Positions 45,123 to 64,000 of a stretch of DNA of 64,000 bases are shown piece by piece. Under the pieces are notes generated by a model. It worked only from the letters and a program-made list of their open reading frames with translations. It made no database searches and was not told where the DNA came from. Source of the DNA: Octopus vulgaris (taxonomy: Eukaryota); contig OX597819.1 in NCBI GenBank assembly GCA_951406725.2, forward strand, positions 53,072,001 through 53,136,000. Direction: 5' to 3'. Within the stretch, counting starts at the first letter, position 1, and every line of letters starts with the position of its first letter. The position numbers and the translations under genes were made by a program.

Positions 45123-45490
45123 ATATATAAACGGCAGTTTGTCTGTGCGTGTTTCTGTGTGTCTGTTTTCTCGTACCCTCACCCTGACCACGGCTTTCAA
45201 CCGATTCTGATGAAACTTGACACACGCATAGCCCAATGTCATAATTCAAAACTAACGCAGCGAAAATTTTGAAAAGTTCCCCAGTTCTGAAAAAAATCGA
45301 TAAATTCGACATGGGGTCGAGAATAAAAAAAAACAAACCACAGACTGTCTAGGGGACGCAACTCAACCTTTTTTTACTCTCAAAAAAAAATTTACGATCA
45401 TTTTTTTGCTATTTTTTGGCTATAACTCTCTAAAGATGCTTTATAGTTATTTCCCTTACAAACCTGAGCAACGCCGGGCGATACTGCTAG
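45118..45490 (+). mobile_element. non-autonomous Helitron
   Basis: 5' TC(TCTATATATAAA), 3' CTAG, subterminal imperfect GC hairpin CCTGAGCAACGCCGGG just upstream of CTAG, inserted between A and T with no TSD. Confidence 0.88.
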
Positions 45491-48475
<2,985 letters not shown>

Positions 48476-50344
48476 GGCACACTTACAGGAAAACCAATGA
48501 GGGTAAGTGAAATACTGAATGAGCAATTCAAGAGTGTTTTAACTGCACCCCTTGGGCATCTCCAAATCACCAATCCAACTGACTTTTTTACCACTGCAGA
48601 TATAAAATCAGAGGCGGCGACGATAGATTACATCGATATAAAGGAAGACGATGTAACCAAGGCTATAGATGAAATGAAAACAGACTCAGCTACTGGCCCC
48701 GATGGATTCCCGGCAATCCTCCTAAAAGCATGTAAGAGAGTCCTAGCAAGACCACTGCAGTTCCTCTTTCAGAGCTTCCTTGCAGCTGGCAAACTTCCAG
48801 GAAAACTGAAGGAAGGTAAAATATGCCCCATTCATAAAGGAGGTAGCAGAGCGGAAGCCAAGAACTATAGACCTATCTCTCTGACCTCACACATCAGCAA
48901 GGTCATGGAACGAATAGTCAGAAGGAAGCTGATCACCTTCCTTGAAGAGAATGACTTGCTGCCCGACACCCAACATGGTTTCCGACCAGGGAGAAGCTGT
49001 TTAACTCAGCTCCTACAACACTATGACTGGGTGCTGAAACGGCTGCTCAACCACTCAAATGTGGAAGTGATATATCTCGACTTTGCAAAGGCCTTTGATA
49101 AAGTCGATCATGGAATGATATGTCACAAACTGCGTGATCTCAACATAGTTGGAAAACTGGGAGAATGGCTTCATGACTTTCTGAAGGATAGAAGTCAGGT
49201 GGTAGTAGCCAATGGGGCCACCTCCATTAACACACAAATAGTGAGCGGTGTTCCGCAGGGCACTGTTCTGGGACCACTACTGTTCATAATGGCCCTCTCA
49301 GACATGCCCTCAGCCACGCAGAGAGCCACGATCACAAGTTATGCAGATGATACAAAAGTCTCACAGGCAATACAGAACCCTGAGGACACTAAACACCTGC
49401 AATGTGAGCTGGACGAAATATACAAGTGGGCTGAAAAGAATAGCATGCAGTTCAATGCTGGAAAGTTTCAAGCTTTATACTATCAGCATGCAAAACTGAA
49501 TGCAATACCCAATGAATACACTGGACCCGGAGGGATTGCAATCCCAGAGGCACAATCAGTGCGTGACCTTGGTATTCACATGAGTGATGACGCGACCTTT
49601 CATGTACATGTTGCTAAACTGACAATGAAATGTAGACGGCTGGCTGGCTGGATTCTTAGAACCTTTAGAACAAGAGAACAAGAAACCATGATGGTCCTCT
49701 GGAAGACACTTGTCCTAAGCCACTTTGACTATTGCTCTCAGCTATGGTCACCATCCAGTGTCAAGTTGATCACAGAACTTGAGGCGATCCAACGAAGCTA
49801 CACAAAGAAGATAGCCTCTATGCAGAATGTAAGCTACTGGGAAAGACTCAAGAGATTAAAATTATATTCCCTGGAGCGTAGGCGGGAAAGATATGCCATA
49901 ATATACATCTGGAAGATCCTGGAGGGAAGTGTCCTGAACTTTGGCATCGAGAGTTACGCAAATGCCAGAACTGGGCGCCACTGCGTGGTGCCTAGGACTC
50001 CAAACCTGCCATCAAGATGTAGGACAAGATTCTGTGATAGCCTGGGCTTCCGAGGCCCACAGCTCTTCAATATCCTCCCGAAGAACCTGAGAGACCTGCA
50101 TGGGGTGGATACAGATGTCTTTAAAATGAAGCTGGATCTCTTCCTGTCAGGTGTCCCAGATGAACCAACTTCACGGCAGGAGGGGCAGATGAGGGCAGCT
50201 GCATCGAACTCTCTCATGCACCAAATAGCAGTTGCTAGAAAGCCTCCATGAAGTGAAACCAAGTAGCAACACCAAATGGCGGTGCCCCAGCATAGCCACA
50301 GCTCATAAGCTGAAACTAGAATCAATCAATCAATCAATCAATCA
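48476..50344 (+). mobile_element. CR1-group LINE, young copy A, 5' truncated, (AATC)n tail
   Basis: Uninterrupted frame from the junction to the stop at 50251; short 3' UTR with hairpins; (AATC)n tail running into (TA)n. Confidence 0.95.
48497..50251 (+). CDS. LINE ORF2 reverse transcriptase domain and C-terminus (no endonuclease; the ATG is internal)
   Basis: [73 protein letters not shown]. Confidence 0.93.
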   Translation: MRVSEILNEQFKSVLTAPLGHLQITNPTDFFTTADIKSEAATIDYIDIKEDDVTKAIDEMKTDSATGPDGFPAILLKACKRVLARPLQFLFQSFLAAGKLPGKLKEGKICPIHKGGSRAEAKNYRPISLTSHISKVMERIVRRKLITFLEENDLLPDTQHGFRPGRSCLTQLLQHYDWVLKRLLNHSNVEVIYLDFAKAFDKVDHGMICHKLRDLNIVGKLGEWLHDFLKDRSQVVVANGATSINTQIVSGVPQGTVLGPLLFIMALSDMPSATQRATITSYADDTKVSQAIQNPEDTKHLQCELDEIYKWAEKNSMQFNAGKFQALYYQHAKLNAIPNEYTGPGGIAIPEAQSVRDLGIHMSDDATFHVHVAKLTMKCRRLAGWILRTFRTREQETMMVLWKTLVLSHFDYCSQLWSPSSVKLITELEAIQRSYTKKIASMQNVSYWERLKRLKLYSLERRRERYAIIYIWKILEGSVLNFGIESYANARTGRHCVVPRTPNLPSRCRTRFCDSLGFRGPQLFNILPKNLRDLHGVDTDVFKMKLDLFLSGVPDEPTSRQEGQMRAAASNSLMHQIAVARKPP

Positions 50345-54319
<3,975 letters not shown>

Positions 54320-54353
54320 ATAAATATATAAATATATATATATATATATATAA

Positions 54354-54400
<47 letters not shown>

Positions 54401-54420
54401 TATAAATATATATATATAAA

Positions 54421-54985
54421 TCAAATCAAATCAAATCAAAATAGATGAACATAAATGGAATTTGTATCTTTGTGGTACCAGTGCCGGTGGCACACAAGAA
54501 AATCATCCGAACGTGGCCGTAGCCAGTACCGCATAGACTGGCCTCCGTGCTTTGGGGACGTAACAAACACCATCCGATCGTGGCCGTCTGCCAGCCTCAT
54601 CTGGCACCTGTGTCGGTGGCACATAAAAACACCATCCGAGCGTGGCCGTCTGCCAGCCTCGTCTGGCACCTGTGTCGGTGGCACATAAAAACACCATCCG
54701 AGCGTGGCCGTCTGCCAGCCTCGTCTGGCACCTGTGTCGGTGGCACATAAAAACACCATCCGAGCGTGGCCGTTCGCCAGCCTCGTCTGGCACCTGTGTC
54801 GGTGGCACATAAAATCACCCACTACACTCTCGGAGTGGTTGGCGTTAGGAAGGGCATCCAGCTGTAGAAACACTGCCAGATCTGACTGGCCTGGTGCAGC
54901 CTTCGGGCTCCCCAGACCCCAGTTGAACCGTCCAACCCATGCTAGCATGGAAAACGGACGCTAAATGATGATGATGATGATGATG
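54421..54985 (+). mobile_element. RTE-tailed non-coding element (RTE 3' UTR or SINE) with an internal 62-bp tandem repeat
   Basis: Tail cactctcggagtggttggcgttaggaagggcatccagctgtagaaa...ccatgctagcatggaaaacggacg-(TGA)n homologous to 18150-18310; begins with (AAATC)n. Confidence 0.8.
54568..54815 (+). repeat. 62-bp GC-rich minisatellite x4 (plus a degenerate upstream unit)
   Basis: Units start at 54568, 54630, 54692 and 54754; no unique spacers. Confidence 0.95.
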
Positions 54986-54986
54986 A

Positions 54987-55818
<832 letters not shown>

Positions 55819-56855
55819 TAGTGAGATAGATGTAGATATATAAATTTATGGTTTTAAAATGTTCATCAGTTCTGATACCTTTGTTTTCTTTGACACCTTA
55901 TCTCTACCATACAGCTGCGTCGTAATCTCTCACCATTTCTACTGCCACTACATCAACATCATCACAAGGTACTAATGCCATGTACCCTCTATATTCTGTC
56001 TCTTTCAGTAACATTAACAAAAGTTTCTTTCAGCTAAGAACTTCTTACATCTTTTTTGAAATTCTAGGTTTAACATTCTTACAGAACTATGGCCTAGTGG
56101 ATAAGATCCTTAGCATCTATGAACTGACATAAAGGATTACAGATCCGGTGATAATCTAATGGAAATAATACATTATAAATGAGAAATATAACACCTGACA
56201 GAAGATAGAAAATATATTCAATGAAATGTGGCAGAAACAATGTAATGGATTAAGGCAGTTATAAAATCATGTAACATCAAAGTGAAGAATTAAATATCTA
56301 AGTATAAACAATGAGCTTAAGAAGTTTTCATTTAAATTGTTCTTGGTTTGATCACAAAGCATGGCACTTTGGGTCAGAGTCTTTTACCATAAGGCTTGGT
56401 TTGATCGTTGCTTTGTGAACCAAAAAGCGGCAGAAAGCTCACACAATCTGTGGAGGTGGGGAAGCTGTTATTGTCATCCTCATTTTTACATCTGCTTTTT
56501 CCATGCTAGCATTGTCTGGACAGTACTCTTCCTGAGGCAATATTCTATGACCAGATGCCCTTCCTGACACAACCTTATTTGTCTTCAACTAAGACACCTT
56601 AGCCCAACATATTCATATTTCTCACCGCTATCAGACATTTTGTTTATGGGAGACATAAACAACAACACATTGTCAAACTGATGTTGATACAAAGACAAAA
56701 CGTGTGCACACACAAACACACATACACGTGCATGTCTTCATGCACAGGTAAGCTTAATTGTGTCCCTTTATCCCAAAAAGTTAACTGACTCATTCAATAA
56801 AGAGAGACTTATAAAGTAAGCATGAGAATATGAATATTGTTGCCAATATACTCAA

Positions 56856-56919
56856 CTAAGAACTTATAATGTGGTGCCTCAGCATGGCTAAGAACTTATA
56901 ATGTGGTGCCTCAGCATGG
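56856..56919 (+). repeat. 32-bp tandem duplication within a decayed SINE-A tail
   Basis: CTAAGAACTTATAATGTGGTGCCTCAGCATGG x2. Confidence 0.9.
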
Positions 56920-59550
56920 TCAGAATCCAATGGCTGTAACCATAAAATAGCTTTAAGAAAAAGTATTTAAAAAAATATATCTAAACTTCTATAAGAAGTT
57001 TTGATGTTATAATACCTACGAAAAATATAGAAAAGATAGAACCTAATATTGATATTGTAGTGTCTCTTTAGTTAGCTCCACGCTTTTTCAGAGAGAGAGA
57101 GAGAGAGGGTGTGTGTGTGTGTGTGTGTGTGTGGCCAAAGCAAATCAGGTGTTGATTTGGTAATTGATCTATGATGAAAACTGTCTGTCACACATAGTAA
57201 CTATGAATAAATTGTAATCAAAATTTATTAAGGCTTACTCTGTGTGTGTGTGTGTGCGTGCAGGGGGCTTATAACAATCTAGAAAGAACATCATCTTCAT
57301 ACCAGATGAGTTATTCTGAATACTGACTGATATGCATGTTGCCTTGGAGGTTCCTCAGGCATACACATGCACACATGATCACAAGGTGATTGAGTCTTTG
57401 CATAACACACTTCATTTTATGTTGCTCACATCTACTCAGCTGAAATGAGTATCTACCATGTACTGATGTAGCCAGCTCTCCCTCCAGCTGTCACATCCTC
57501 GATGTCCTGCTGGATCAAGGGTGAGATAGGTAAGAGGGCACCTATGCCCACTCCCAAGCACATAGGAACCTAAAACAATTAAGAAGAATACACTGAATGA
57601 TATCAAATCTCTCTCGATTCCCAACAATGGCTATAATGTGTGGTGTGTGTGTGTGCACACGCATGGTGCCATTTCTTTGGTAGAATAAGTACTCTTGCAT
57701 CTTTTGATAACGACGTTTTTTTAACATAAGCAAAACAGTATCAAAAGGCATTCACAGCAAAATAGCAAAAGGCAACATAAAAAAACATATCAAAATGACA
57801 ACAACAAAATAAAAAAATCTATATGTCTGGCTCATGCAAGCATGGAGAAGTGGACTTTAAATGATGATGATGACAATGTAAATGCAAAAGGGACTTCTGA
57901 ATAACAGTGTATTAACCAAGAGAATATGTATACTTCAAACTTAATCTGATGAAACCCAACAAAGTTGAAATTGCAATCCTTTTCTCTTTGTCATATGCAC
58001 CTACATGTTCCACCCAAGGGTTGTACAATACAAACTTTTGCTTCAAAGCAAAGCTAGGAATATTTTCTCTTAAGGCTAATAAAATTATTAAATTCTATCA
58101 TATTTTTCTTAAGATGTAATCTATATAATCTTCTAAAAGACTTCTAACAAAAATTTCATGTCAACAAACAAATACTTGTGTTTTTTCTTCAATCGCAATG
58201 CATTTTGCTTGTTTGTATCTTTATTTATTTATTGCCACTTCTTCATACATTTTAAATTTAAAATAAAATGTATTTGAAAAGTTTAATCATGTTCTTAACA
58301 TTGAAATTAACACCAAAGACATCATGTGAGAAACCTAAAGGCATTTTTCAATGCCCTACAGGATGTAATAGATCAAAAACTTATTACAATATAGCTTCAA
58401 AAATTGTTAGCTGTCAAAATGAGATACGCAGTTCCTGGGAATGTCAAGAGTACAGCCTTAATATCCTGACTGAAGGTTTACTTCAGTAGATAGCAGAAGT
58501 CTTTACAATGTGAAGAGTTATTTTTCAACAGCAAATGAGAGAGAGAGAGAAGGAGAGGGAAGCAAGGACAGAAGAAAGAAAAAGAGTTAGAAATGAGTGG
58601 AGGGAGAGATTGGAAGAATACGTAGCAGGAAAGACAGAAACAAAAGCATAAGTAAGAGGGAAAGAGGGGAGAACACAAAAGTGATTAAGAGATATGTAAG
58701 AAAGTGAGAAAGACATAATAGAGAGAAAGACAAGGGGGAAAGATAGAGAGTGTTTGTGAGAGTGACAGATAGGCAGACAAAGAAAAGCAGTGTGAAATAT
58801 AAAGCTGAAGAAAAACAGGAGCAATGCATGACATTTTAATCGGAACACTCTGGAGAAGCAGTGATGTGCGCATGGTCAACTGAGACAAAGCATCTATGTA
58901 TGTATATATTAAATACACATACAGACAAGAGCTTAGTTGCAAACTTTGACTTCAGTACATTACTGGTACATGCATTTTACCAATTCAAAGAAGGAATGTA
59001 AATCATTCAGTGTAATAATGATTCTGAAGTATTAGTACTAATGCTGAGCATGATTGCTTTTATAAATGATTTCATATAATAGTATACATGGTGTATCTGT
59101 ATGCTCTTGGGTAAAGTCCCAACAAAAGAAAGACTGATATTATATCGTCTAGCAGGGAAAAATAATCCTGCCATGCAAAGTTTTTTTTTTAGCTTTTCTA
59201 GTTTTTGCTTTGAGTTTTTTTTTTTTTTTTTTTTGTAATTCAACTTTAACTAAATAAGATATTTATATTTCTATACAAACAAAAAGAAAATTCTAAAAGA
59301 AATTTCAATATATTTTCATACAATAGTCACAATAATTGGTGAATTTTTTTACATCACTAATGGAAAGAAAGTACAAGATTAAAACAAAGATAATATTAAA
59401 AAAAATCGGGGCCGGGTGGGTGAAGTGGGGAGAGTTAGGGTTTTGTTAGTGTTTGTTTTTTATTATAACTATAGGGAAAAATTCATCCAAGGAATCGGAA
59501 ATTCAAACTGAAGCTTGAATAGAAATGGCAGTCATTTTTGACAGCACAGA

Positions 59551-59684
<134 letters not shown>

Positions 59685-60062
59685 CCGTAACAGCAGCAGT
59701 CACAAGGAAGGGAAAGAAAAGAAAAAAGGAGAGAATAAGGAGGAACAGATTAGCAAACCCTCTAATATATTTAGTTGCACAATTCTTAAAATGATAAGCA
59801 AAGCCAATATAGGGCCCCTAAACATTTCTGTGCCAACTTATGTTTTGCAATAAACTCTCAAGATGTAGATCAGCAAAAAGTAAATTATCATTGAGGAGTG
59901 GGTGGGGGTGGAGAAAGAACAAATTAAAAGCATTTAATCTTTTTTAGGTATTTATTTATTTTTGATTTTTGCTGCAAGGTTGTTATTTAACAACAAATAT
60001 TTTCTAGAAAAAAAAGATAATCAAAACAGAAAGTCCACAATTCCTAAATCAAATGTACCACA

Positions 60063-60095
60063 ATATATATATATGTGTGTGTGTGTGTATGTATG

Positions 60096-60137
<42 letters not shown>

Positions 60138-60202
60138 CATATATATATATACATATATATATATACATACATATTTTTATATATATACATATATATATAT
60201 AC

Positions 60203-60234
<32 letters not shown>

Positions 60235-60440
60235 GTGTGTGTATGTATGTATGTATGTATATACATATATACATACATATATACATATATATATATACAT
60301 ACATATATATATATATACATACATATATACATACATATATATATATACATATATACATATATATATATACATACATATATACATATATATATATACATAC
60401 ATACATACATACATATATACATACATACATACATACATAC

Positions 60441-60479
<39 letters not shown>

Positions 60480-60520
60480 TAAATAAATATATATATATAT
60501 GTATGTGTGTGTGTGTGTGT
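60063..60520. repeat. compound (TA)n/(TACA)n/(TG)n microsatellite
   Basis: Direct reading. Confidence 0.95.
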
Positions 60521-61199
60521 GCATGCATTCAGTTTTTCAGTATAACATATCCAATTTAAATATCCACATTTCCAATTTACAACTCTCTCTCTCTCTCTCC
60601 AGCACACGCACAGGAGACAAACAAATACAAATATATACACACGAGCAAGTAAACAAGTAGTTAAAAGATTTATCAAAACATCAGAATAATGCTAACGATG
60701 ATGTTTTCTTGATTTCTTTATTTTGTAATAATAACTACAGTAAAAATTATTAACATCAACAACAACATTAGTATCAACAATACACGAGGAAATGGGAGGG
60801 GGGGGACAAAAAAGCAAAACAATAACCATAGGTAAGATTTATGAGCACTAAAATGACAAGCATTCTGTTATGTCATTAATAAAGGAGTTCCATATATAAT
60901 GAAAGACTAACTATTTTGATGAAAGAGAAATGAAGGGAAACAAATACAGGCAGGAAATATCACACGAGAAGTTAATCTTATTTGCAAAGATAATGTGTTC
61001 TAGGGAATCTTCATATGGACACATTGACACACAGATGTGCACACAGACATGAACACACAAACAAAAAGTGAGTGCATGTATATATAACCGAAGGATGTGT
61101 GCTCAGATACAAGCATAGAGTCTTTTATTCATATACACAGATATACACATACATTCATATATATATATAGATATATATATATATACACACAAACACACA

Positions 61200-61474
61200 T
61201 ACACATAATATACATACAACTGGTCATACGCATGAACAAGAAGAGAAGTATTCTCACACACACACACACATATATATATATATACACACACATACACATT
61301 TACATATAAACACACATGCAATGCATAATATACATACACGTGGTCATATACATAAACAAGAAGAGAAGTAGTCTCACATATGTACACACACACACATTTA
61401 AAAATAAACACATATGCAATGCATTAATATACATACAAGTGCACATATACATATGCAAGAAGAGAAGTATTCTC

Positions 61475-61510
<36 letters not shown>
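61200..61510 (+). repeat. degenerate 100-120-bp tandem repeat x3 around AAGAAGAGAAGTA
   Basis: Core motif at ~61238, ~61358 and ~61458 with similar flanks. Confidence 0.75.
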
Positions 61511-61532
<22 letters not shown>

Positions 61533-62164
61533 ATGTATATAATATGATCTCTCTATTCTCCCACACACCCATTTGTGCATGCACATACAGGTAAGCACAC
61601 AAGCACACGGACCTGCACATACAATCAAGCACACAAGCACATGCACACAAATTAAACTTCATAAACAAAATTAATTTTTCATGAGTGACAAAAGGGAATG
61701 AATAATGCGATGGCGTGGCATAAAGTTCAGTTTTATTGTGCATGCAGAAGATACTGAGTGCAAATATTCATGTGAATGCATGTGAGCATTCCAGTGTGTA
61801 CAGGTTAGCAACCAGAACACATTGCAAGAACCACCTACTATGCAAATAACTATTTCCATAACTGGACAAACAACACGGTATATACAGGTGAATACAGGTT
61901 ATGTCATTTTATTGACTGATTATTGTATTAGGTGTACATAGATATAAGCAGCACAAATAGAAGAATGGGGGGGGGAGAAGATGGGAGTAGGGGGGAAAAG
62001 GGAGAAAGTGTATGTAAGTGTGGGTGAGGGAGAGAAATTGTTTGTGAGAATTAAACGGAGAGAGAGTGAGAGAGAGTGTATGTGAGAGAGAAACAAGGAG
62101 AAATACTGTGAGAGAAGAAAACAAAGTGAGAGAGAGAAAGAATGATACACAGAAATTGTGAAAG

Positions 62165-62196
<32 letters not shown>

Positions 62197-63154
62197 CAAC
62201 TGTATATGAGTGAGAAATAGTGATTGTCAGAGGAGAGAAACAGGGAGAGATTGTATGTGAAAGAGATAGAAACAGCTTTGTGTGTGTGTGTGAGCTTGTG
62301 AGTGTGTGAGTGAGAGAGAGAGAAAGAGAGAGGGAAAGGGAGGGGGAGAGAGAGATAATGTGAGAATCAGAAGTAGGGAGAAGTTGTATGCATTAAGGAA
62401 TGGTAAGTACAGAAAGAGATGATACAGGTTGTGTGTGAGTGGCAGAGAGAGGTAGGTATGATACAAATACAGAAAATGTTTGAGAGAGAGAGAGATGTCA
62501 GAAGAGAAGAGAAACTATGAAACAGAGGGAAACTGAGAATGAAAATATGAAGGAGAGAGAATGTGTGATAGCAGAAAGGAGGATGGCGATAGAGAGAGGA
62601 AAATGTTTAACACAAATATGAGAGAGAGAGAGAGAGAGAGAGTAAATATAAGAAACTACCACCAAGAATTTATATCAAATTACTGTGTTGCCACTTGAAT
62701 TGTCTCAGCACTTCTATAAATCACATATTCAAACACCATTTCCTTCAGCACTTCGGCTCAAATGAGAAATTCCATCAGGTCTCAAGGTAAATGCATTTGA
62801 CAGTGCAGATGCTTGAAAAGAGTTTCGTACATTCCACCATTCCACTACCAGCGAAGGCGGGGAGCAGTAGATAACAGCAAGAAGCATATAGAGTGATAAA
62901 TATTTACAATTACAAGAGAGAGAAGTTTGACAGTTTGGGTTCATACACTCTGGTGAAACATTACTTTGAAGACTGTCGAACAGCATCTATTTAACAGCTT
63001 CATGGGGTGTTACTAGACCTTTTTTTTTTCCCTTTTCCTTTGTATTTTCTTTTTTCTTTTTCTTTTCTATAATATCAAGCTCATTCCCACTAAGCCAGTT
63101 GCTCCATGTATTGCAACCTTCGGACCTCCAACTCCCACCCCAGACCTCTCTTAC

Positions 63155-63246
63155 CCTTTCTTTGCCTTAAAACTCGTTGCACTTTGGGAGGTGTCCCGAG
63201 AGAGATTTAGAGGTACAAGCTGTGAATTTTGAAAAGTTCGGTGCAT
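63155..63246 (-). CDS. possible upstream or first coding exon (MHRTFQNSQLVPLNLSRDTSQSATSFKAKKG)
   Basis: Strong donor AAAGG|gtaaga; phase 2 matches the 25641 exon; CpG-containing unique sequence; internal acceptor ttcacag also possible. Confidence 0.3.
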
Positions 63247-64000
63247 TTCACAAATTGTGCTCACACACACACACACACACATACACTGTATGTGTGAGTG
63301 AATGTGGTTGGTCCAATGTTGTATTCTAGCCTTTCTCTCTGTTTTAATAATGGTGGTGAAAACGGGTGGGAGAAACATAACTGTTATTCAGCAACAGGTG
63401 TAGTTTTCAACAATGAACTTCCATGGGTTGAAAATTCCCATTATTTACTACCGCCTGGTGATCAGCTTGACTGTTGAAAGATGTTGGAAATCAAATTATT
63501 TCTCCAACTCCTCCTCCTTCTTGCTACTGCCATCATCATGCACATTGCTGATACAGCTTACATCCCTACCACCACTACCACCACTAACAACAACAACTTC
63601 CTCAAATAATGGGGGGAAACTATCTTAAACAAACCCACATTTGGCAGGTTTGTTGCCTTAATGCTCAAGGAATACATACATACTTATATACATACATACA
63701 TACATACATACATGTGTGTGTGTGTGTGTGAATAAAAGAAATTGTGTATATAAATAGATTATAACTGCCACTGTTATGTTTAGAGCTCCATATGGATTAT
63801 CATGATCCAGGCTACTTCCAATATAGTTACTAACTAACTCCTATACTGAGAGGTATTACCAGTTATGAACTACAGAGCAATGTAGGAAAAATAAGGATAA
63901 ACACAAGTTTGTATTATAGTTCCTATGTGTGTTTCATCTTTATGGCTGTTTGGAGCCCTGCTGCAGGTGTTCCAAGTACTTTTTGATGCTCAAATACAGT

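Noticed and set aside
54568-54815. CRISPR-like array or HDV-like ribozyme
   Set aside because: Units abut with no unique spacers and there are no cas genes. The GGCCG...CCAGCCTCG..CTGGC resemblance to HDV does not give a convincing nested double pseudoknot by hand; simple local hairpins explain the pairing
59962-60676. Cluster of overlapping HTYI/MYVC ORFs
   Set aside because: Compound di- and tetranucleotide microsatellite

Overview
AT-rich, microsatellite-dense animal genomic DNA. The repeat families look like octopus (coleoid cephalopod), which is an inference from recalled SINE/LINE sequences. Most of the window appears to be intronic sequence of a large minus-strand gene; only a few short candidate exons are visible (about 1.8, 14.0, 16.3, 18.8, 25.6 kb, possibly 30.8 and 63.2 kb), and the protein is not identified. 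The background holds tRNA-derived SINEs of at least three types, hAT, Tc1/mariner and piggyBac-like MITEs, a Helentron-type HINE, an RTE LINE remnant and a Buster/Charlie hAT transposase remnant. The outstanding region is 40.5-55.8 kb: about 8 kb of (TA)n hosting a same-orientation array of three CR1-group LINE copies (two young, with open RT frames), a duplicated LINE 3' end, a non-autonomous Helitron and an RTE-tailed element with a 62-bp hairpin minisatellite. The LINE 3' end shares a co-varying hairpin with the dominant SINE, suggesting a SINE-LINE partnership. Most ORFs in the supplied track are microsatellite artefacts, and assembly artefacts cannot be excluded in the long repeat tracts.
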